The notes under the pieces: model-generated
What the model was told of the DNA's origin: nothing
Seen by the model: only the letters and a program-made list of their open reading frames with translations
Databases searched by the model: none
Made by a program: the position numbers and the translations under genes
Source: Paraspadella gotoi
Taxonomy: Eukaryota; Animalia; Chaetognatha
Direction of reading: 5' to 3'
Assembly: GCA_051294375.1 (NCBI GenBank)
Contig: JBJCIZ010000810.1
Coordinates: 85,379-149,378 of the forward strand
Length of the DNA stretch: 64,000 nucleotides
Shown here: in pieces, positions 37,755 through 50,248 of the stretch
How positions within the stretch are numbered: the stretch's first letter is position 1
Layout of the letters: every line of letters starts with the position of its first letter

Positions 37755-37972
37755 TGAGAAAAGAAAGAGGGGGAAAAAGAGAGAGAGAGAGAAAATGAGA
37801 AGGAAATGAGGGGAAAAAGAAAGAAAGAATGAGAGGAAAAAGAAAGAAAGAATGAGGGGAAAAAGAAAGAAAGAATGAGGGGAAAAAGAAAGAAAGAATG
37901 AGGAGAAGAAGAAAGAAAGAATGAGGGGAAGAAGAAAGAAAAAATGAGGGGAAAAAGAAAGAAAGAAAGAAG
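37755..37972. repeat. 23-bp purine-rich minisatellite GAGGGGAAAAAGAAAGAAAGAAT
   Basis: Also at 39045-39188, 45398-45617, 46668-46808 and 50605-50890. Confidence 0.9.
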
Positions 37973-37973
37973 G

Positions 37974-38993
37974 TGTTAAGGAGTTTATAATGATTTTTAT
38001 CTGAATTGAGCCCTGACCTTTTATTTTTAATGGCTCAAATATCTGAATTTAAGTTTTAATTGAATGACTCCAATAGTTCTGTTTAAAGCCTCTAATTGGT
38101 TGAATTTTATACATAGAATTTGAATATCTGGTCTCTCATTGGTTATTAATGGTGGCTGTGGTATTCCTCCCACTCGGGATTCCTCCCAACTGGATTCCTC
38201 CCACACAGGATTCCTCCCACGCGGGATTCCTCCCCATGGGATTCCTCCCACACGGGATTCCTCCCACACGGGATTCCTCCCCGCGGGATTCCTTCCACAC
38301 GGAATTCCTCCCCAAGGAATTCCTCCCACACGGGATTCCTCCCCATGGAATTCCTCCCCAAAGAATTCCTCCCACGCGGGATTCCTCCCACACGGGATTC
38401 CTCCCACGCAGGATTCCTCCCACACGGGATTCCTCCCACACGGGATTCCTCCCACGCGGGATTCCTCCCACGCGGGATTCCTCCCACACGGGATTCCTCC
38501 CACACGGGATTCCTCCCACGCGGGATTCCCGTGTGGAATCCTGTTGGGAGGAATCCCAATGTAACCGTTATTAATAACTAGTAGATGTTATGATTTTATT
38601 CTCAAAATGTGAACTCTCCTCTCATTGGTTGTTATAATGTTGTCTTTGTATATAAAAGGAGAGTAAATTCTTAATTTTTGGGAGATTCCTCTGAGACCAT
38701 CAGGTATTAAATGATATTTGTGAAATTACTAGAATATGTTAATTAATTTTAAGCTTTTATGTAGCTTTGAGCTGTTGCTACGTCTCGGCTCTGTTGCTGC
38801 ATCTCGGTTCTATTGCTATTGTTGCTGCGTATCGGCTCTACTGCTGTTGCTGCATTTTGGTTCTCTGTCATTCTGATGCACGTCTCTCAATGATTATTGG
38901 ATATTGAATACTTAATAAAGTTATTATTCTATTTTTATCTTTTGATATATGGATTGAGTTAATATTAAGTCGAGATTAAGCACTGCTCAAACA
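37974..38993 (+). mobile_element. Possible LTR (BEL-like), interrupted by a MITE
   Basis: TGTT..AACA ends, TATATAAAA near 38650, AATAAA near 38914; no partner LTR or TSD found. Confidence 0.3.
38151..38566. mobile_element. Mutator-like (MuDR/foldback) MITE built from a 16-bp repeat GGGATTCCTCCCACAC
   Basis: 9-bp TSD GTTATTAAT (38142-38150 and 38567-38575); repeat units invert at the right end; copy at 45795-46196. Confidence 0.8.
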
Positions 38994-39189
38994 ATGTTCT
39001 CATCTGAAACTGAGAAACCTCCCCATCAGGAATCTTCCACAGAAGGGAAAAAGAAGGAAAGAATGAGGGGGAAAAAGAAAGAAAGAATGAGGGGGAAAAA
39101 GAAAGAAAGAATGAGTGGGAAAAAGAAAGAAAGAATGAGGGGGAAAAAGAAAAAAAATAATAAGGGGAAAAAGAAAAAAAGAATAAGGG

Positions 39190-40862
39190 CTCTTCCCTCC
39201 CTGGTCTTGAGGAAATAACAATTCCTAGATGGACAAAATCTCCTGAGATTGTTGTTCCGACCTCGACCCAGTTGCACATATTTGCAGATGCTTTCCAACA
39301 TTCCTAGGGAAGCATAGCTTATCTTCGTTCAGCTAATGATGAAGGTAAAATTCATGTTGCAATCTTGTTTGCTAAATCAAGAGTAGCCCCTGTTGAAAAA
39401 CAAATATTGGGATAAAAGAAACCATACCAAGGGTGGAACTTACAGCTGCTGTAGTCGCTACCGAGATCTATAGATTCTTAAATCAAGAAATGCGGGAAAA
39501 GATCGACAGTGTGCACTTCTGGGTAGATGCCATGAGTTGTATTGAAGCAAATTTGAAACAGGAAAACTCGATTTAAGGAATAATTTTCTAACCGTCTTTC
39601 AAAAATTCATGAGATCACACAGCAATGGAACTACGTACCTACTGATGTGAATCCGGCTGATCTCTCTTCCAGAGGGATCGAGGCTGGAGACAAAGATTCA
39701 TGGAAATTCTTTCCACCAAGGCCCTTCCATTTTGGTGGTTTGACCATCAACTGGCCATCTGGTGATGGCAAAGAATGTGACCATGACATTCCTGCTCTTG
39801 AGGTTAATGCCATTCAATATGATTATTTTGCAAAAAACGAGTTTCGAGAAAAGATTTCAAAAAATTGTTCAAGTTGGTCCAAACTGATATTTCGAATTTT
39901 AGTTTGTAAACGTCTCACGAAATATATTATGTCTAAAAGAGATAAGAAAATAGCAAAATTTCTGGATCTGAATATGTCAGTGCTGAAAAAAAATTGGTAA
40001 AAATGATCCCATCAGAACACTTTCATTGATTTTTTGACAAATAAAGCTTTTCGTGATCCTTTCAGGCATGCAAAATTGCGCGGTAAAGCTTCAAAAATCC
40101 GTGATCTTGATCCATTTGTTGACCAAGAAGGTGTCCTACGAGTAGGAGGTAGGCTCCATAGAGCAAATGAAAGTTATGCTGCTCGCCACCCTATCATATT
40201 GCCAAAAAACTCGCGTCTTGTTGACTGTCTAATTTCTATGACACATAAAAGTATTGGTCATGAAGGTGCTGAGCAGGTGCGTGTAGAATTGCGTCAAAAA
40301 TATTGGATTTTAAAACGGCGATCTGCAGTTCAAAAAGTTGTCCGCCGTTGTGTTCCATGTAAAAAGATGAATGATAAACAAATGGAACAAAAAATGGCGC
40401 CAATTCCATCTGTAGGGTGGAACCGGGATACCCATTTAAGTCAGCTGTGGTCCGTTTTCAGTTGTACAAAATTCGAAAAAAGTTACCAAGAAAAAGTGGG
40501 TTGTATTGTTCACTTGTCTTAGAATGCGAGCTGTGCATCTTAAAGTCGTACGAGAAGCCTCTACTCCAAGTTTCCTAAATGCGCTTCTGAGATTTCAGGC
40601 ACGACATCCTGGTGTCAAATTGATCTATCGTGACAATGGCACAAATTTTATTGGAGCCAGTTAACCAGTTAACTTACAAACAATTCAACCAAAACCTTCC
40701 ACCACAAATGCAAGACATTCGGGATTGAGTGGGATTTTAATCACCCGACATCTCCACACTGGGGAGGTGTGTGGGAAAGACTCATCAGGAGTATAAAAAA
40801 GATTCTCCATGCAATTCTCGACAAGAAAGTTATGACAAATGAAGTATTTGACACTGCCATTG
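39190..40862 (+). pseudogene. BEL/Pao pol fragment (RNase H and integrase), degenerate
   Basis: LHIFADAS, AKSRVAP, TIPRVEL, VNPADLSSRG, LRVGGRL, HPIILP, H..H..C..C, DNGTNF; ends at gap. Confidence 0.9.
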
Positions 40863-40956
40863 NNNNNNNNNNNNNNNNNNNNNNNNNGTGGCCAACTGGC
40901 GGGCAGAGTGGACGAGAATGAGTCACCGACAAACATTACATCTATTTTTTAATGAA

Positions 40957-43900
40957 TTATAAAAATATTTCAATTAATTTAAATTTAGAGAAAGCAAAGA
41001 ATTTTGGAATTTGTAAGCAACGATTTTTAATTAATGTTGGACATGTTTCGGGTTTGTTTACTTCAAGCTTCATCAGCGATATGACATTCAACTAATAAAT
41101 TTGTGTAACGAGAGTGTGAGAGAGAGAGAAGAGAGGTAAAAGTTTTTCCAACAAGTGGTGAGAAAGAAATATGTGGTCAGATGTGAGGACAGGTTGAAGG
41201 TAAGGCAGATTGTGTGAGTTGTGAAAAGAAGAAACTTTGTTAAAGAGAGAGGACGAAGAGTGAGGGAGAGAGAGAGAGAGAAACAAAAAACAGGGATAAA
41301 TAAAATTATAAAGATACATTTTTGCAATGTCCAACAAAGATAAAGGAAGTTTTAAATTAATTGAATAATCTAATGATGGCAACCACGACAATGATAATAC
41401 GACGATGACAAATTGATTGCTTAATTTTTTGATTGATTGATTGAATATTTGATTAACTTGATTGAATAATAATTTAACTGATCAGTTCTGGCACTGTTAG
41501 CTCAACGTTGTTTGTTTTTGTCTTTTCATTATGACAAAAGAATGACTACCCTGATGATGATTATGATGACAAACAAGGATAGCACCCATTATGATTAATT
41601 GAATGATGGATTGATCAGATGAAGTAAAATAAATCATAATCGCTCGTTAATTTTTTAGGTCTTTTTGGTCAGGTCACTGACCAGGACAAAAGCAACAACG
41701 ATGTTGGATATGACAATGATAATACTTGACGATTGTTTAACTTGATTGTGATTAATTTATTGATTAATTAATTAATTGTATTCTTTTAATAATTTATTGA
41801 TAAATAATTTATTAATTAGTTGATTGGATAATTATTGATTATTTAGATTGATTGATTGATAAAAAAATTGATTCATTAATTTTTTAAGTGATTTTGATTG
41901 ATAGTTGTTTATAATTAATGATTGATTAATTATTGATTAATTTGAAATAATAATGCTCTTATATTTATATCTAATAAAAAGAAAAAAGCAAATAGGGGAA
42001 AAAGGTTTTTTTGTTTTTTTTTCTTCATTAAACTCTTTCGCCTCGACAACGTTCTTACAATCTTACAAATCTTAACAATTTTTCATAGTAAAGAATTTCA
42101 CTGTTAATTGTTACCAAAAAAGATTGTTTAAATTATAAATAATAACAAATGTAAAATTTCTAAAGAAAGGAAGCGATGTGCACCTCGAAACCGGAAAAGC
42201 GATCCGGGCCTAAAAAAGTAAGGATGCACCTGAAAACGCGGGAGCGGGAGGGGTCTTTGGAAGCGCCGATTTGCAGCGGCGGAAAACATCGATCGCTTCC
42301 CACATCTTCTGGTTTGAACGCCGTTAGAAACGCTTTGTGATGGCCTTCATCACACATCTTCTTTGCGAGCTTTCCATGGACGAACAAAGCTCCGGAAAAG
42401 TCCGGATTATGCGATGTGGATGGCGATTGACGAAGAAATTCATCGTCCTTCACAAAAAAAGTTAATTCCCTTGATAATTTTACGGAGTTCTTATTTCTGC
42501 TTCAGTTTGAAGTTTTGCAGAGGTATCAAACTCAACAAAATTGGATCGACGACTCGAGTAAATAACGCCTGAAGCAGAAGGAAATCTCTCATTGGCCAGG
42601 AGACAAATGGCACCCAGCCAATGATAGCGATAGCTTCCATCCGCCAAGGATTTCTGCCCTTACCTCCCGACCGATGGCACTGTATAAATTGGCCCAAATA
42701 TTATATTGATTCACTCTGATAGAAATTGACACTCTTTTTTAGTCAATTTTCTGAGAATTAAAATTCCACTTTAGTCTCTAACTGGGTCTGACTGGGTCTA
42801 ACTGGGTCTGACCGTCTAGCAAAAACGGAAAGGAATGGGGAGAGAAAATGTATTTGGAAATTGGGGATCTATACTTATATCGAAAAATGTATTAGGTCCA
42901 AAAAAATTGGAGAGAGAAAGATTCTGAGAGAAAGGAGAGAATGGCTAACGTAGAACTTAACGCGACCTGAATCCCGTAGGAGGATGAGAGGGAGGAGTAA
43001 AAAGAAGAGAAGAGGAACTGCAGACTCGCGTCGTTCTACGTCCTTCGATCTCTGTTGGTTTCATATCGAAATCCCTGTCTATTCACCTCTTGTCACACAG
43101 TTGAAATGTCCTCGCCAACAGAATATCTACACAAATCGATGTGATTAATAATGAAAATTAATTAAGAATTTAAAGTATTATCCTTCACGTCCATTCAGGA
43201 AAAAATTATTTTATTAAAATTTTAGTACCAGATCAGGGAAGATTTTAGGTTGAGGTTGAAATCGATGTTTTACCAAGAAACGTTATATTTTTATTCGTTT
43301 TATGACCGAATCACGATGTCATTTGTCGAATTTGTTTTCTAGAGTTTTTAAACCCTGTTTTTTACTGTTTTCTTCATTAAAATGACGTTTTGAAAACTCA
43401 TTCGACTCATTTTCTTGATGGAAGCGCTTGAACGTTAGAATAATTACTTCGAAAAGAGAGAGAGAGAGAGAGAGAGGGAGAAAGAAAGAGTGAAAGAAGT
43501 CACTTGTATGTCCCGTAAAACTTTTGTTACGGTCAGCGGGCTTTATTCTATTTCTTTCACAGCTTATTACTCTCTTTTGATGATTGTTCATAAATCTTAA
43601 TGTATTGCTTTAAATACGTACAATTTCCATTGCTTAACTGAGAAACACTTTAAAAATAAAACTAAAACTAAAATTCGATGGTCACGTGACCAATTTCCAA
43701 ATCACAGATCGCAATTGAAATTCTTTTAAAAATTGTTAAATCTGCAGTAATCCTGAATATTTTTTGGGAAATTTTTTTGTCAAATCAAATAAAACTACAT
43801 TTGGTAAAGGAATCACCGACAGGCAACATATTTTGAAAAAATTATATATGCATATGATCCGCCCTAAAATAAACAATCTATTCGAATCCAGCGAAATTAT

Positions 43901-46900
43901 TTCCCTGCGACGTTAGAAGCAGCTGAACTATTCTAATCGTCTAGCGCCTTGTCACTACACGTTGTCACGACTTCGCCACGCTGTGGTGCTACTCCGTGTC
44001 ATGCAACAGGTCAGGGATTAGAAACGGATTAATAATATAAACATTTAAAATTTGTTTCATTTTTCAATGTAATTATTTTAATTGGCAAGATAATTAAAAA
44101 AGGCCAGATAAAGAAAGAAAAGTTGGCAGAATTAAAATGATGCTCATTTACATTCAAGTTTGAAGGCATAATTGGTTGATAATATCTAATCAAATCAAAA
44201 CAAACAAATAATAAGGATTCAAATGTTAACCAGATGTGACAAAGTTATTTTGAAAAAACGAATAGTATAAGTTTATCAATTACACAAATATTTATTAAAA
44301 AAAAAATATTAATATGCTATTTCCAAGAAATATCGTCTCCTTCCTTCTCCAGTTAGTAAATTACGCACAATGTAATAAAACTATTAATTAATTTTATTAG
44401 CCTGTGCGTAATTTACAACTAATCCTCGCCTCCCACCCTCTGTCCTGACCCCATTCAAACTTACCCCCTCCTCTCTTCTTCTCTCCTTTTCTCAATCTTG
44501 TCCTCACCCAAAATCGACCCGCTTTATACTCTCATCGAGGTTAAACGTCTCTCTTTCACCCCCCCCCCATCCCAAAGTGAGGTTCGAGGGGACGGATTTC
44601 CTAGCTTATCGTCGTTGTCGTGTCGTCGTCTGTCGTTGTGTCGTTGGTATCGTCGTTGCTGTGTTTTAAATACTTTTATACATTTGTTTTTTCAATATCA
44701 ATTAATGTTTTTATCGTTTTGTTTATCCGCTTACCAATATAATATTTGTTAAACAAAATATATATATATTTTTTATATTTTTTTATAATTGGAGATACTG
44801 TTTTAGTTTTAGTCAGATATTTTCGACATATATTTTCTATGTCATCATCGTTGGTAGAAAAATAACCTGATGATGACAGGAAATATATGTCAAAATTTCT
44901 GAAATAATCTCTTATTTTTTCTTCTAGCACATTACTCATCTCCCATTATAAAAATTGTAAACTTCGTGTGCTGGTGATGACGTTTGAAAAAAAATATACT
45001 AATAAATATTCCATATTATTCTGTTGAAACGTAGTAGCTCTGGCGTATTCCGCTCGAGCGCAACGATGGGACCTTCCTCGTCACTTGGCCATCTAATTAT
45101 CTTCGATCAGATTCATCTTCTTCGTCGTAATCGTTCGTCATCGTCATCGACATCTCGTCATATTATTCGTTCGGCCTTTCCTGTCACGCCCCCTCCCCCA
45201 CCGAGAAATGACCGTAATGAGAAGAATAATTTTTTTAACCGTCACTTATTGGTCCACGCTTCCCGCCATCACCCGTTCCAAAGGTCACCTCAAGGAGCGA
45301 CATCTCCATCTCTCTCCCGCCAAAACGTTTGTGTCCAAATCGGTGACGAGAAAGTCATTCACCGAAGCCTAAATCCATTATGGATCTTCGAAGAGGGATG
45401 AGAAAAGAAAGAGGGGGAAAAAGAGAGAGAGAGAGAAAATGAGAAGGAAATGAGGGGAAAAAGAAAGAAAGAATGAGAGGAAAAGAAAGAAAAGAATGAG
45501 GGGAAAAAGAAAGAAAGAATGAGGGGAAAAAAGAAAGAAAGAATGAGGAGAAGAAGAAAGAAAGAATGGGGGAAGAAGAAAGAAAAAATGAGGGGAAAAA
45601 GAAAGAAAGAAAGAAGGTGTTAAGGAGTTTATAATGATTTTTATCTGAATTGAGCCTGACTCTTTTATTTTTAATGGCTCAAATATCTGATTTAAGTTTT
45701 AATTGAATGACTCCAATAGTTCTGTTTTAAAGCCTCTAATTGGTTGAATTTTATACATAGAATTTGAATATCTGGTCTCTCATTGGTTATTAATGGTGGC
45801 TGTGGTATTCCTCCCACTCGGGATTCCTCCCAACTGGATTCCTCCACACAGGATTCCTCCCACGCGGGATTCCTCCCCATGGATTCCTCCCACACGGGAT
45901 TCCTCCCACACGGGATTCCTCCCCGCGGGATTCCTTCCACACGGAATTCTCCCACAGGAATTCCTTGACAACGGATTCCTCCCATGGAATTCTCCCCAAA
46001 GAATTCCTCCACGCGGGATTCTCCACACGGGATTCCTCCACGCAGGATTCCTCCACACGGGATTCCTCCCACACGGGATTCCTCCCAGCGGGATTCCTCC
46101 CACGCGGGATTCCTCCCACACGGGATTCCTCCCACACGGGATTCCTCCCACGCGGGATTCCGTGTGGAATCCTGTTGGGAGGAATCCCAATGTACCGTTA
46201 TTAAAACAGTAGATGTTATGATTTTATTCTCAAATGTGAACTCTCCTCTCATTGGTTGTTATAAATGTTGTCTTTGTAATAAAGGAGAGTAAATTCTTAA
46301 TTTTTGGGAGATTCCTCTGAGACCAATCAGGTATTAAATGATATTTGTGAAATTACTGAAATATGTTAATTAATTTTAAGCTTTTATGTAGCTTTGAGCT
46401 GTTGCTACGTCTCGGCTCTGTTGCTGCATCTCGGTTCTATTGCTATTGTTGCTGCGTATCGGCTCTATTGCTGTTGCTGCATTTTGGTTCTCTGTCATTC
46501 TGATGCACGTCTCTCATGATTATTGGATATTGAATACTTAATAAAGTTATTATTCTATATTTTATCTTTGATATATGGATTGAGTTAATATTAAGTCGAG
46601 ATTAAGCACTGCTCAAACAATGTTCTCATCTGAACTGAGAACCTCCCCATCAGGAATCTTCCACAGAGGGAAAAAGAAGGAAGAAATGAGGGGGAAAAGA
46701 AAGAAAGATGAGGGGGAAAAAGAAAGAAAGAATGAGTGGGGAAAAAGAAAGAAAGAATGAGGGGGGAAAAAAAAAAATAATAAGGGAAAAAGAAAAAAAG
46801 AATAAGGGCTCTTCCTCCCTGGTCTGAGGAAATAACAATTCCTAGATGGACAAAATCTCCTGAGATTGTTGTTCCGACCTCGACCCAGTTGCACATATTT

Positions 46901-48470
46901 GCAGATGCTTTCCAACATTCCTAGGGAAGCATAGCTTATCTTCGTTCAGCTAATGATGAAGGTAAAATTCATGTTGCAATCTTGTTTGCTAAATCAAGAG
47001 TAGCCCCTGTTGAAAAACAAATATTGGGATAAAGAAACCATACCAAGGGTGGAACTTACAGCTGCTGTAGTCGCTACGAGATCTATAGATTCTTAAATCA
47101 AGAAATGCGGGAAAAGATCGACAGTGTGCACTTCTGGGTAGATGCCATGAGTGTATTGAAGCAAATTTGAAACAGGAAAACTCGATTTAAGGCATATTTT
47201 TCTAACCGTCTTTCAAAAATTCATGAGATCACACAAGCAATGGAACTACGTACCTACTGATGTGAATCCGGCTGATCTCTCTTCCAGAGGGATCGAGGCT
47301 GAGACAAAGATTCATGGAAATTCTTCCACCAAGGCCCTTCCATTTTGTGGTTTGACCATCAAACTGGCCATCTGGTGATGGCAAAGAATGTGACCATGAC
47401 ATTCCTGCTCTTGAGGTTAATGCCATTCAATATGATTATTTTGCAAAAAACGAGTTTCGAGAAAAGATTTCAAAAAATTGTTCAAGTTGGTCCAAACTGA
47501 TATTTCGAATTTTAGTTTGTAAACGTCTCACGAAATATATTATGTCTAAAAGAGATAAGAAAATAGCAAAATTTTCTGGATCTGAATATGTCAGTGCTGA
47601 AAAAAATTGGTAAAAATGATCCCATCAGAACACTTTCATTGATTTTTTGACAAATAAAGCTTTTCGTGATCCTTTCAGGCATGCAAAATTGCGCGGTAAA
47701 GCTTCAAAAAATCCGTGATCTTGATCCATTTGTTGACCAAGAAGGTGTCCTACGAGTAGGAGGTAGGCTCCATAGAGCAAATGAAAGTTATGCTGCTCGC
47801 CACCCTATCATATTGCCAAAAAACTCGCGTCTTGTTGACTGTCTAATTTCTATGACACATAAAATTATTGGTCATGAAGGTGCTGAGCAGGTGCGTGTAG
47901 AATTGCGTCAAAAATATTGGATTTAAACGGCGATCTGCAGTTCAAAAAGTTGTCCGCGTTGTGTTCCATGTAAAAAGATGAATGATAAACAAATGGAACA
48001 AAAAATGGCGCCAATTCCATCTGTAGGGTGGAACCGGGATACCCATTTAGTCAGCTGTGGTCCGTTTTCAGTTGTACAAAATTCGAAAAAAGTTACCAAG
48101 AAAAAGTGGGTGTATTGTTCACTTGTCTTAGAATGCGAGCTGTGCATCTTAAAGTCGTACGAGAAGCCTCTACTCCAAGTTTCCTAAATGGCTTCTGAGA
48201 TTTCAGGCACGACATCCTGGTGTCAAATTGATCTATCGTGACAATGGCACAAATTTTATTGGAGCCAGTTAACAGTTAACTTAAAAACAATTCAACCAAA
48301 ACCTTCCACCACAAATGCAACGACATGGGATTGAGTGGAGATTTAATCCACCCACATCTCCACACTGGGGAGGTGTGTGGGAAAGACTCATCAGGAGTAT
48401 AAAAAAGATTCTCCATGCAATTCTCGACAAGAAAAGTTATGACAAATGAAGTATTTGACACTGCCATTGC
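40957..48470 (+). repeat. ~7.5-kb block, copy 2
   Basis: Colinear with 33308-40862. Confidence 0.93.
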
Positions 48471-50248
48471 TCAGGTTGAAAATGTCATGAACAAAGACTA
48501 GAGCTTCAGACGACCCTCGCGATGCAGTGGCATTGTCACCCATTCATATTCTCAATCCTGGTGTCTCCCGGCACTGTATGTTGACACGGTGCCTGTCGTT
48601 TCTGATACAAAGGACATTTCTACAGCATGGTTCCAATCCCAAGCTCTCGTCAACAGCTTTTGGAAGAGGTGGAAACAAGAATATTTGACCACCCTTCAAC
48701 AACGCCACAAATGGACTCAAACTCGTCAAAACTTGCGCATCGGTGACCTTGTCCTTATGCATGATGATAAAGCGCCGAGAAATCATTGGCTAATAGCATT
48801 AGTTGTTGGGATAATTGGTGATGGTGATGTTGTTCGTCGCGTAACAGTTTGTACAGCCTCCGGGAAAGTCTTTGTCCATGCACGTTTAGTACTATTGGAA
48901 TTAGAAGGTAATGAACCCGAGATTGTGGAAAATACTGTTGATGAAATAATTATTTAATGTCTACATTTTAACATGTTTTAAAGTTTGTTCATTTATGATT
49001 AATGTATAGTTTTTAACTGTTATTGATGTTGCCTATTGCAACAGGGCGAGGAATGTTGGAATACTTTTTGACATTATGATTAAATTTAGTGGTCTCTTGT
49101 TTTCTCTATAACAATAGCCACGCCGTAATACTATATGACTAACTAATTTTATATGCTGCCATCTTGAAATAAGTTTTGTAAATATTTTGTAAGAAACATA
49201 AGTCACATCTCTATATAAAAGGTAGCTTCACTTGTTTGAGTCACTGAGGTTTGATAACTTCTGGCTAAAAGGATGTAAGTATTTGTCTTTTAAAAAATGA
49301 TTATTTTGAAGAGACAGTGATTATTTATATGTGTTAATGACAGAACCGTTCAATATAAACAGTCCCTGAGCTTCGGATCAGGCTGTAACACCGTGTTACA
49401 GGCGAGTTAAGCGCCCCGTCCCTCTTAACTGCTAGGCGGCCACCGGGCTAGAACCCCGGACCTTTGGGTTGGGAGGCGAATGACTTGCCTCCGACACCAA
49501 TGGCTGCTGATGAACGGTTGGTGGATTTTAGTCTACCATACATCCACCCCTCCCGTAGGGAGAAGTCTGTTGCGTCTCTTCAGTGAATTTTTGTTGGTGG
49601 AAAGTTTGTCACCAAGTTGAGGCATGTCGCCTGATGTGTTGTAGGTGGAAAGTGCATCTCCAGGTTGAGGCATGTTGCCTGAAAGTGTTGTTGTTGCTGT
49701 TGTGTTCGGAAGTCGGGCTCACCAATGAAGAGACAGTGATTATTTAATATTTATATGTGTTAATGACAGAACAGTTCAATATAAGCAGTCCCTGAGCTTT
49801 TGATCAGGCTGTAACACCGTGTTACAGGCGGGTTAAGCGCCCCGTCCCTCTTAACTGCTAGGCGGCCACCGGGCTAGAAACCCGGACCATTGGGTTGGGA
49901 GGCGAATGACTTGCCTCCGGCTCCAATGGCCGCTGATGAACGGTTGGTGGATTTTAGTCCACCATAATTTTTTCTTTAAAAAATAAGTTTATAATAATTT
50001 TTTATTTTAGTTTTTAGTGCTTATACTCCTTGCTAATAATGGAAACTACAATTCCATCTGCTTTAAATTCGTTATTGTCTTCTACTGTCTACATAATTAT
50101 GAACTTATGTAATAAAACGATTTAAACTTTAAAGTGGAGTTAACTAAATTCCTTGAAATGCCAATTAAAAAAACTCGAATTAAACAACCTCAGTTAAAGA
50201 GTAATAACGTTTAATATCTTGTCATTTAACCCTCAAAACGTCTGAACA
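46808..50248 (+). mobile_element. 5'-truncated BEL/Pao retrotransposon with PPT and 3' LTR (49054-~50248, interrupted by TRIM)
   Basis: RH and IN motifs, FWKRWKQEYLTTLQQRHKW..GDLVL C-terminal domain (48589-48957), PPT GGGCGAGGAA then TGTTGG, TATA near 49213, AATAAA 50111, end TGAACA. Confidence 0.88.
49307..49966 (-). mobile_element. TRIM (terminal-repeat retrotransposon in miniature), 660 bp
   Basis: LTRs 49307-49540 and 49726-49966; 185-bp non-coding interior; minus-strand PBS TGGTGAGCCCGAC (49724-49712); PPT GGGAGGGGTGGATG (49554-49541); 4-bp TSD ATTT. Confidence 0.92.

Larger units (their letters stand above)
33308..40862 (+). repeat. ~7.6-kb block, copy 1 (copy 2 at 40957-48470)
   Basis: Colinear along its whole length, differing mostly by indels; copies separated by a 25-N gap. 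Confidence 0.93.

Noticed and set aside
38027-38581. GGIP/WEES repeat ORFs (also 45692-46292)
   Set aside because: Translations of the 16-bp MITE array.
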